Below the pieces are notes generated by a model. The model saw only the letters and a list, made by a program, of their open reading frames with translations, made no database searches and was not told the DNA's origin. The translations under genes and the position numbers were made by a program. Source: Ginkgo biloba (taxonomy: Eukaryota > Plantae > Ginkgophyta). Taken from it: DNA of 20,205 nt. Shown here piece after piece: positions 10,871-20,205 of the stretch; position 1 is the stretch's first letter; each line of letters starts with the position of its first letter. The stretch spans positions 8,363,223 to 8,383,427 of the forward strand of contig JANKJI020000001.1 in NCBI GenBank assembly GCA_024626585.2, written 5' to 3'.

Positions 10871-10927
10871 CCCATNNNNNNNNNNNNNNNNNNNNNNNNN
10901 NNNNNNNNNNNNNNNNNNNNNNNNNNN

Positions 10928-11085
10928 GATGGTCATGGAACTCAATCTTGGGAAGAATTTATGGCCAAGGTACCAATTATAATTGAAGAATACAAAGATC
11001 ATTTAGACTTTAATATAATAAAAATTGGTAGGTATGATACTATTCTTAAGTATAAGTGGTTATGGTGGTATGACATTCATTCCAT
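10928..11085 (+). mobile_element. Gypsy aspartic protease C-terminal remnant
   Basis: DGHGTQSWEEFMAKVPIIIEEYKDHLDFNIIKIGRYDTILKYKWLWWYD resembles VxxxIxxYxDxLDFxVxxLxxYDxILGxxWL. The catalytic DSG motif is not visible because of the upstream gap. Confidence 0.7.
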
Positions 11086-12506
11086 GGCACTTTACCTTTT
11101 TAGAAAATTCTTCATAAATGAAGTTAATCATACAACTGTTGTCAACCAAAATAGTCACCTCGTGTCTGTTTATTTTACACTTGATCACAAATAACTCAAC
11201 ATCATAAAATATCTCAAAATACTTTGGACTTATTCTATGATTTCTCCCTACACACCAAAACAACTACATTCTTTTCCTTATTTTTCCTTATCGAAGATGA
11301 GGGAAAACTCTCTTTATANNNNNNNNNNNNNNNNNNNNNNNNNNNNNNNNNNNNNNNNNNNNNNNNNNNNNNNNNNNNNNNNNNNNNNNNNNNNNNNNNN
11401 NNNNNNNNNNNNNNNNNNCAAAAAAAATTAATGAGAAATTAGCAAAGGAAAATTGTTGATCCTCTATGATCGTTTACGAAGTACAAGTATACGTGTAGTT
11501 CCAAGATATAGGTTGTTAATGGTGAATCTTGGAAAGAAAATAATTGAAAAAGGAAAGAATGTAATGCGTCAAGCTAGGTTACTAGTCGATGAATGTTGAA
11601 TGGTCAATTAGCTCAAGTCCAAAAGAATGAATGGTTGGTTTCCCTAATGAGTCCTAGAATAATAATTGATGGTGTAAAATATCATTAATATACACAATTC
11701 CCTAAATTTAACTTGTAAATCTAATAGTGCCAATGTGATTTTAATAATGTGTATAATATCAAAAGTGCATGCCTTTGGTAAACCAAAATCTCATATGCAT
11801 CTAAAGGAGTTATTGTCATTATCTCCAACTTTTTTTAATGGAAAATATTGGGACACAAGTACCTTTGGTGATGAAATCCAAAGGTTTTCATGGGAAAATA
11901 ATCTAACTTGATGGATAAAATCAAGTGGATTGGCCTAATCAAGTTGTTGGCTTGACTATAGGATAGGACACTTGCAATTCTAGGCTATCTTAAAATATGC
12001 TAACTATTGGGTAGATCCAATTAACATACGCTAGGTGTCTCTAGAGATACCTTGGACCCTACTTAAGGGATCTCCTACTTGACAACATAAACTTTCTAGG
12101 TAGGGCCTACTTTAGCCTAAGATGGCATGTATTTTAACCAATTCTAGTTGATGGACAAGAGTTCTCTCCTATGCATGCCCCATCAGCCAATGTTGTTGGT
12201 GTAACCCAACTTGTTTCTAGTTTCTTTTTGTTAAAAAAAATTGAATCTCACTTTTTCAGGATTGGGTGTGCTACGTGTGCCCCAAAGTGAGATATTTTTG
12301 TTGTACAAGTGATGAATTCTTTTAAAATAAAAATTACAACCTAATACATAAAAGAAATTTGAGAATTGATATAAAAATTCAATGAATTAGACTCTGTAAC
12401 TTCCACACATAGAAACTAGATATGGTAATACATTTAAAACACAAAATCAGATAGAAAAATCCATATTGATAGATACATTTTTTTCTTTTTCTTTTTTTAT
12501 CTGTAC

Positions 12507-12703
12507 AAAAGAATGCACTAGTATAACTGAATTGGCATGATTTTTAGCACAATATAGAAAGGTGCACTAGTTTAATTAAATCGACACACATTTTTGTGCA
12601 ATTGCAAAAAGCCATGTCGATTGAGTAAAATCAACATCCTTTTATGCAATTCTAGAAAACAAATAGTTTTGTGGAAATTCACATCGATTAATGGGAATCG
12701 ATG
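12507..12703. repeat. Degenerate tandem of about 50 bp (3-4 units), each with an internal inverted repeat
   Basis: Units start at about 12507, 12557 and 12607 (tgcactagt in the first two; tttt-tgcaatt in the second and third). Hairpins: atgtcgatt-N6-aatcaacat (12614-12637) and perfect catcgatt-N6-aatcgatg (12682-12703). Confidence 0.55.
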
Positions 12704-12931
12704 CATCTGCGTATACAAAAATTGATGTACACGCTTGGTGTTGGAGGATTTGATGACAATATGAAGTGAAAATGATTTGATCAAATCTAAGGGGGTAATC
12801 CACTTTCTCTTTCTTATGTACTCTTTTTCTATTGGAATGAATCTATCTAGTCAGCTTGTACGGTCTATACGACTCATTATTTGTTGGTTTTCTCCAATAC
12901 TGTGAAAATACATGCATATTAATTTAGTTGG

Positions 12932-13099
12932 ATACCATGGAAATTCTCATTGGCATGTACCATGGAAATGCATATACCATAGAAATGTGCATACCATGGA
13001 AATGCTCACTAGACTATACCATGGAAATGTTCATTGGGATATACCATGGAAATGCACATACCGTGTAAATGCTCACTGAGCTATACTATGGAAATGCAC
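12932..13099. repeat. Minisatellite: 8 units with core ATACCATGGAAATGC, unit lengths 25,17,17,25,25,17,25,17
   Basis: Unit starts read directly from the sequence: 12932, 12957, 12974, 12991, 13016, 13041, 13058, 13083. Confidence 0.95.
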
Positions 13100-13252
13100 A
13101 CACTTCTATGGTGCATTATGCAACTTAGTTCTAAGAAAGAAATTTGACTTGANNNNNNNNNNNNNNNNNNNNNNNNNNNNNNNNNNNNNNNNNNNNNNNN
13201 NNNNNNNNNNNNNNNNNNNNNNNNNNNNNNNNNNNNNNNNNNNNNNNNNNNN

Positions 13253-14802
13253 ATGTGGGAGAAAATTAATATAGGTAAAACTCCTAATCTAAACTAAGAT
13301 AAATAAGGTAAGTGTGTGTGCATAAATAAAGTATGTGTATGTGCAAACATTTTCCCTTTGGTCATAGCCCCTCATGTAAATTAAGGCCATATGAACTCTA
13401 AAGAACGCTAAGTGTATGATCTCATGTTTAGCATGTGTATATATGCACTTGATGGCACATCACTATGGCTATTAGCACAAACCATAGCACCATGAAAACT
13501 ATTAAGGGTTCTTAGAGTGTTATCCCTACCCTCACTATCAGTAGCCCATAAGAAAAGTTATAAATGCTCACAAAAGGGCCATGGCTTCTACTGTCCCAAG
13601 CTAGATATAATGTAGTAGATGTAAAGGAATGGCTAAACTTATGCTTACAAATCCCCACAATGGATTCCCTACTAGGAAAAGTCACCACCAAGATTGAATG
13701 TTGGGGTTTAGGACCTAAAAATTGGGGAAGACAATAAATACACCAATCCCTAATGTCTATGCCAATCTAAAATCAATCATAAACAATACAAAACAACTCT
13801 TTGACCAAGAGCGCCCTACTGTAAGAAGTCTAATTATGGATTCCTAGGTGAAATGGAACCATACCCATACATGTACAAGCTAAAAATCAGATTTAAGACT
13901 CATTTTTGTTTCACAGTTAATTTATGGTAGCAAAAACAACATGCACTAACAGTGCAGAAAAGTAGGGTAGAAATAACACTTACAATTTATGGTAACTGAC
14001 CTAGTTAGAATGCAAGGTTTGAAGATGCCAAACAACTCCATGAGCCAAAACTTTTCACTTTTGCACTTCAAAATGTAGTGACTCCCCTTAGAGGCAAAAT
14101 ATGACATAGTCCATGTGGTGGGACAAGTTGCTAGGTGGAAGCAATAAGTTGCAACTTGTTTTGGAGGTTCATTGCGCCCACAAAGCCTCTTCAATCCATA
14201 GAAACCCCCTTTAATGAGGTTGACTTGCCTTAAGGAATAGATTTGAGTAATTCTTTAGTAAAAAAACATGCTGTAAATTGCAATAAATGGCAATGACTAG
14301 TTTCTTCCATGAAGAAAATAATGAGTGCTTGAAAACAATGACTTGCATTGGTGTAGTCAAGGAGCCAAAATAGAGAAAAGAACTCCTACGATGAAGATGC
14401 CTTTAGTAGGAGATCACAAGGAGATAAGAGAGATATTGAATGAGGATTATCTCAGCTCGAATAGCCCTTATTTATTATGAGAAAAAGACAAAAACCCCCA
14501 CATAGTGTTGAGCTCACTCCTAGGGTTGCTCCAAATCCTAAGAAACTTTTTGTGGCACTACAATATCTAAAATTACTCCTTGAAGGGAGGTCCCCTTTGT
14601 GGGATGACCCTCTTGGCTTTGTCCTTTAGAATTTTCTCTCTCCTAGGCATCTTTCTATGGGGTTTCATTATCATGTGCAAAATATGTAATCGGGCTCCAT
14701 CATTGAGCTTAGTCTTTGGCACGTCTTCTAAGGAAAATTTTGTGGCGCTCTTCATGGATATGCCTGATGCTCCTTTCAAGACCAAATCAATAGAAGTTTG
14801 AG
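13253..14802. repeat. Dispersed non-coding repeat, probable long LTR (copy 2, longest, at least 1.35 kb supported by homology)
   Basis: The left part matches 6120-6630 and the right part (about 14140-14615) matches about 14980-15460. It has no coherent ORF. A reverse TATA-like motif at about 14465-14475 (cccttatttat) is conserved in copy 3 (cccctatttat), suggesting minus orientation. LTR identity is inferred. Confidence 0.7.
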
Positions 14803-14902
14803 NNNNNNNNNNNNNNNNNNNNNNNNNNNNNNNNNNNNNNNNNNNNNNNNNNNNNNNNNNNNNNNNNNNNNNNNNNNNNNNNNNNNNNNNNNNNNNNNNN
14901 NN

Positions 14903-15465
14903 TTATTTATATCACCTTATGGTCTTACAACTACTATTACTACATAGTAAATATGCTAGAATCAGGCCAACAGGCCTAGAAAAGATATAACTTGGTAGAA
15001 TAGGTTCACTAGGCCTTACAATGCCTCCTTAAGTTGCGAAAAACTCTCAAATGAGGTTGCCTTTACCTATAGAAGATATTTGAGCACTTAGTAATTTCTC
15101 CTCTAGAAACCTATCATAATTGTAANNNNNNNNNNNNNNNNNNNNNNNNNNNNNNNNNNNATAGCCTATGCCTAAAAATGAAAACTTCCTTAATGTAATA
15201 ATAACTCCAAAATTTAATAAAAATCTTCTCAGTAGGAGGACGCCTTTAGTAAATGAACACAATAATGTTGAGAGAATATGATTAAGGGATATTTAAGCCT
15301 AGGTAACCCCTATTTATGGAAAAATAAAGGAATATTAATCATCATATAAAGCTAAGCTTATTGTTAGGGATGCTCCATACCCTAGAAAACCCTATGCGAC
15401 ATTGTATGCTTGCTACTTATTCCTTGAAGGGAGGCACCTAGGATGGAATGCTCGCTCTTCAAGAT
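14903..15465. repeat. Same probable LTR family (copy 3)
   Basis: Colinear anchors with copy 2: aatgaggttg (15050 and 14213), gcctttagta, taggg-tgctcca, and exact tccttgaagggagg (15421 and 14577). Confidence 0.8.
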
Positions 15466-15469
15466 CTCT

Positions 15470-17453
15470 CCATGGGATTTATTCATTATTTCAAGAATAC
15501 ACAACCAGACCCTACCATAATTAACTTTGATCTCTTAGTTTCTTTTTTTGTTGAATTAAGGGTACTTCTTAAGGTCTTCATAGGGCCACTTTTCAAGGAC
15601 AAATTCATTGAAGTTTGAATTACCTTTTTCATCAAAGTCTGAGTTGTAACATTTGAGATCAAACTCGTGTTTCATTATTGTTGCTATTGCTTTCTTCTCA
15701 AGGTCGAGGTCATTCCATATTAATATACTAATATTTATTTCTTTAGAGCACATCTTTTCTTGTTCTCTTTCACATTCATTATTATTGGTGTTGCCATTTG
15801 TTGAGGTGTTCACNNNNNNNNNNNNNNNCAATATACTAAGGGAACAAGCTCATCTAAAGAGACATTCATCACTCATCTTATAGAAGGGCCTCAAACCCCA
15901 TATATAATCACTTATATTATGCTATTCTAATTTATTAGTTCATCTCATTTGCATTATCTATATGGTTAGTAATTAAGTATAATAGTGCCCCTTCTAGAAA
16001 TGTTCCTCACTCTCTTATGGTAGCTCTTATGGATCTTAAAATACATTTGCAAAATCATTTAACACATTACTATATTGGTATTTTTCCTCCTCATCTTGTA
16101 TAATTGACCTCAAACTTGCATTGGCATCTTGATTTGGCTCTTGTTGGCTCCTTGACATGATTATGATATTTTTTTAGGAAGTCTACACTAAGCATTGTGC
16201 TTGGGCATAGGTAAAAACACTAAGGCAATCAATGTGGGAATTTAATTGATGATTATTAATGACTTATCTTTGTGCAAATGACACTTCCCATCATAAGGGA
16301 AGATCTTTTCTTTCTTGTCACATAGGAAAGGAATAATAGTTAGCATATTAGAATAATCCATATGTACTATGCCATATACTATCTCATCCATATAATGCCA
16401 CATAATGGTAAATGTGAATTTATATTAGAGATTTACCTTTTAACTATCATCCACTGTCCTTCAATTAATGTCATATAGATCTAGATGTGGTGTGATCTCC
16501 AAGCCAATCTTTTAAACTCAAGATTGTAACCAAGGTTTTTTTTTTATTTTTCTTTTTAACTCCCACTCCCCAAAATGGTTGGTACAACTCGTGTTTTATT
16601 TTCATTATAAATGTGAACAACTTATTTCTACCTTTATTCTCTTTCTTAGTGTGTACCAATACTAAATAAGAATATATCTCATCAAATATCATTACCACCT
16701 CTAATTCATTCTTGCCTTTTATGTGAAAAGATGTAGGTGTTTTTCTAGGGTGAAATTTGCAAAATATTAATTTGTCATGGCTAATCTTCTAACAATGCTA
16801 GCACATTTATTTTTGTCACAACTGAACTATTTCTTCTTACTATAAGAATGATCTCATTTAGCATTAGAATTTAATGAGGATAAGGAAGATTTAACTTTAC
16901 CTTTATTTAAAAAGAATTGGGTGTCTTCTTTCTTGCATCAACCTTAGAAGAAAATTATATGCCCCTTGGAACATAAAGGAAACAACTCAACTTCATGACA
17001 TAATTGATAATGAAGGCCTCCAATGAATTTCAAGACCATATTGTCCTTAGGCTCATTGACCTCTAATTCAATAACCAAATCCTTAAATTCATCATAATAA
17101 TCCTCTAAGGATTACCTTGTCTTCTGACTTAGTTGCCTCCATTGAAGATATAGCTCATCCTTGTATTCAAGGGGGTGAAAGTTATGTCTTAGCTCCTTCT
17201 TGAATTCATTCCTTAATGCAATTGGTGATTTCTTCTATTATTCTCTCTCTGTATAATATGAATCCCACCACAACAATGCCTTTCTAGATAATTTAAGTGT
17301 GGTAAAGGTGATCTTTTGCTCATTGAAATATACTTGACATGAATAGTAAACTTCCAAAGCTTAAATCTATGATTTGATCTTTTTTGCATTCATTTTCCCA
17401 ATTAGAACCTATATATCAACCTTGGACTCCACCATGAATAAGGTTGTGTAGGA
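15470..17453 (-). mobile_element. Decayed Ty3/Gypsy element: gag, zinc knuckle, aspartic protease, linker, then an unrecognised tail in place of RT
   Basis: gag: FMVESKVDI...ALEVYYSCQVYFNEQKITFTTLKLSRKALLWWDSY...FHPLEY...QWRQLSQKTR*SLEDYYDEF...KFIGGLH. Knuckle: C*HC*KISHDKLIFCKFHP. Protease: TILGSGS*K (from DSGSQK) and YMDEIVYGIVHMD...PFLCDKK. Linker: YAQAQCLV*TS*K...NVLNDFANVF*DP*ELP. No RT motifs follow. Confidence 0.9.
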
Positions 17454-17639
17454 NNNNNNNNNNNNNNNNNNNNNNNNNNNNNNNNNNNNNNNNNNNNNNN
17501 NNNNNNNNNNNNNNNNNNNNNNNNNNNNNNNNNNNNNNNNNNNNNNNNNNNNNCATTATGTATCCTTATTATTAATTATTTTATTCCTCCTATTTTATTC
17601 AATCATTTATTTGGTGAATAGTTTTGCATAATCAAAAAA

Positions 17640-17900
17640 TTATATGGACCCTTCTTTTCCACTTGTTAAAATAACATCAAACAAAGTGTATATTTTCACA
17701 CTTATGAATACCTCACAATCTCAAAAATATATTTTGGTAATTTCAAAAATATACCTTTAGCTATATAGCACTTCATAATTATGTATTCCTCTTACTTGAA
17801 CCAATCTGCATATCCTTTCAATCATTTTTTAATCTCTTGTAACACTCTTTTCGTTTGTTTCCCTCTTTGGTTTCTAAATTAAACAACACAATTATTCAAG
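17640..17900 (-). mobile_element. Possible remnant of a Gypsy accessory ORF
   Basis: KRVLQEIKK*LKGYADWFK*EEYIIMKCY...LKLPKYIFEIVR resembles, from memory only, the RVLxExxxxL...DW(F/Y)...LP...ExxR pattern of extra ORFs in gymnosperm LTR elements. Not verified by search. Confidence 0.3.
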
Positions 17901-17902
17901 TT

Positions 17903-18460
17903 CTTGGACTCAACCTTGAATGGTTTTAATCCCATAAGAGGTTGATTTGGAGGAATTAGTGTTGTTTTTGAAGTCTTAGAAAGAGATTTAGAAGATGCAA
18001 CTAGAATAACTAGTGAAATTAAAATTGGTTGAATAATTTGAGGTGCTCTTGAACTTCAAACTATGTTAATAAAGAAGTAACTTGAAGTGACTTTAATGAC
18101 CTTCTTATGGGACTATTCTTGTTTATGCATCATCTATCTCATCAAGGCTTAAAGTTGATCCACCTTGTCATCAATAGTTCACTATGCACAAGGAAATTCC
18201 CCCATCGTACTTAGTTGATTGTGCCCATCATTTGAATCTCGTCCCACTACAAAAGAACTTGCCATAGAGACAGATGCCTTTTGTACTCTCTCTTATAAAG
18301 CTTGTTCTTCTTCTATGTCCAAGATTGTAGTCTTATATATAGATCTTATGAAAGGCATGTAATAGAGAGTAATAAGAATATGCATGTATAAATAAATAAA
18401 ACTTCATATTCTTACCCAAAGAGAGAACTTGATATTTTACCAATTGATGTGGCATGAAGT
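17903..18460 (-). mobile_element. 5' end of a Gypsy element: probable LTR 3' end, PBS-like site, leader and gag N-terminus (related to the gag at 17453)
   Basis: The minus strand reads ...gccacatCA-at-TGGtaaaatatcaag (LTR end at 18445, TGG at 18442). ATG at 18358 gives MPFIRSIYK...TIDDKVDQL*ALMR*MM..., in frame to LKPFKVESK (ends 17903), the same motif as LFMVESKVDI at about 17412-17441. Confidence 0.7.
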
Positions 18461-20205
18461 GAACTCAATGTATCTAAATAGACTTGTTTATTCAAGTGTT
18501 GAAGAAATACTTTAACAAATAATTAACCTATGCCTCAAAAACATGTTAAGAATAAGATTACAACTTCTTTATACAACTGTACGAAGTTAGTGTCATCTTG
18601 ATTCTTGAAAATTATGCAAAATTTGGTCAAACTTTACAATTTTCTTCTTGATTGATGATCAACAACATCTTGTAGTGATCCACAACACTACATAACTCAC
18701 ATTTGTAATTGAATTTGATGTGAAAATTTTGAGGGCATGCGCCTCTTTGAGAACTTTATGGTGATGAAATTTTGTATGCCTACTCCAATGCACTGTGGCA
18801 AAAGAAACAAAGATGCTAGCAAAAACCTCACAAGAGAAAAAGACACATGCATAATTTTCGAAGTTAAAGTTTCCTCTAGCACACATAATGAATAAATGAA
18901 GTATTTGTAGGCTATTGATGCATATAATTCTAGATAAAATCTATTGAGATCTCTAATTATCTTTCTTAAAGCTTGTGAGTGCAACATATCTTCGTAAAAT
19001 ATCATAACTATGAGGGAGTGAATTATCCTATGTTCTCTCTCACTTTAAAGAACCTTATAAAACTTTGATCCTATTAAGAAAAACATGTTCTTAGCACCTA
19101 ACATGCATGAGTTGCATATGCATAAGATTTTATTGCTTTTATTAGAGTTCTCAATTTAAGAATAAAATATATAGATAAGCCCTAAGATTATTCTAAGTAA
19201 ANNNNNNNNNNNNNNNNNNNNNNNNNNNNNNNNNNNNNNNNNNNNNTTTAAAGTAATAAAAGTAAACAATTATCCTCGCACAAAAGCCATGAGTCCCTTT
19301 GAGACTTAGCCCCTCTTAGGAGTAGGCCGATATATCCTTCTCTCTAGGTGCTTAACCCCTCTAGGTCATAACTTTAAAAATATTACATCAAACATTTTTT
19401 TTTATAACATTGTTTTGTCAATGATTTCATCATTGCATATGTAAACTCATTTGGATGTAGATCATCTTAGAGCCATGCTTGCCAGAATATGTTCACTTCA
19501 TAGAGGAGGTGCCTCAGAGTTCACAAGTAATAGGTAAAACTCTTAGCTTCAAGGGGGTTGCATCAATAGATAGGAAGCAATGTTGCCTTGACAATTTTTC
19601 ATACAAACTTAATCTTGGATGACTTTGCTTTATGCCTTTAAGGATGCCTAAAAGGACTCGCCCTACATCAACATTAGACCTAAATCATATATTAGACAAA
19701 GTGCACATCTAAGATATGAGCCTTACTTTTTATAATCATTTTGTAATTATATATACTGACAAAAAGACATCTAGAAATTTAGTCTCAGATAATGTTATTA
19801 GGCAATCTATTTGGCTATTTTATTTTTATAAAGATGTTTATACTGCATAAACTCTAGTAGTCCTCTTATCTTATTTTATAGGACCCACCTTAATGTGGGT
19901 AGTTTGGTGTTTATTTTTAATTAATAAAAGTAATGAAGGTGGGCCCATTAAAAAACAATGATGGGATTATAGGAAACGTTTATTTGGTTTGACCATTGCA
20001 CCTCTTTTGAATTTATGGATTAAGAAAAGTTGTAAAATCTAAACAAGGCAGTTGGCCATGATTTGAGGTTGATTTAATTATTTTATATGACTCCCATATT
20101 ATACTTGTCCAATTAGAACATGCTCAAACTCTCAATATTTATTAGTTGTTGCAAATCACACTAAAGTCTTGAACAACTGCAATGAAACCACCTTATCCCA
20201 AGGGA

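Noticed and set aside
10310-11085. Integrase and protease as parts of one pol gene
   Set aside because: They lie on opposite strands, are separated by a gap, and have no RT or RNase H between them.
2599-11442. Track ORFs containing X runs (e.g. 2660-2971, 2694-3107, 8043-8507, 8084-8371, 9828-10010, 11224-11442)
   Set aside because: Their length comes from N gaps lacking stop codons; the real portions are TE remnants or noise.
12932-13099. CRISPR-like appearance of the repeat array
   Set aside because: Intervening segments are 2 or 10 bp and themselves repeated rather than unique 25-45 bp spacers; there are no cas genes and the context is plant nuclear DNA.
6120-13900. Copies at 6120 and 13253 as paired LTRs of one 7-kb element
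   Set aside because: They are highly diverged and separated by four 100-N joins. The intervening domains are in mixed orientations, and no TSD, PBS or PPT is in the right places.
13946-14801. Short ORFs at 13946-14194, 14573-14785 and 14580-14801
   Set aside because: They lie within the LTR-like repeat, show no recognisable motif, and no matching ORF is listed for the homologous copy at 14903-15465.
17410-18358. gag pieces at 17903-18358 and below 17453 as one interrupted element
   Set aside because: They overlap at the F(K/M)VESK motif with divergent sequence and lie across a 100-N join, so they are two copies.
18659-19005. Overlapping 75- and 102-aa minus-strand ORFs
   Set aside because: No recognisable domain, splice structure or compositional contrast; probably decayed TE sequence.
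19881-19946. Inverted repeat ggacccacctt...aaggtgggccc with a TCP site II-like TGGGCC
   Set aside because: Short, with no adjacent gene or defined element ends; it cannot be distinguished from TE-internal sequence or chance.

Overview
AT-rich (roughly 30% GC by spot counts, not computed), strongly CpG-depleted plant nuclear DNA, most consistent with a large-genome gymnosperm (inference). It is not a continuous locus: eight gaps of exactly 100 N split it into nine 1-3 kb pieces, and the content changes at essentially every one. Most identifiable sequence is decayed retrotransposon: an L1 LINE ORF2 remnant, four Ty3/Gypsy gag remnants, Gypsy protease and integrase remnants, and a dispersed LTR-like family in three copies. 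There is also a two-unit minisatellite. The one host-gene element is a CpG-rich island of about 400 bp (5135-5540) holding the first coding exon of a group VII ERF oxygen-sensing transcription factor (MCGGSIISDF, Cys2 N-degron). It has a phase-1 GT donor at 5487, a possible acceptor at 5193, retroelement debris about 55 bp away on each side, and no AP2-domain exon anywhere in the window. Also notable is a Gypsy gag-protease element whose frame, at the point where reverse transcriptase should begin, runs into an unrecognised conserved tail seen in three fragments here. I found no rRNA, tRNA, CRISPR or prokaryotic system.
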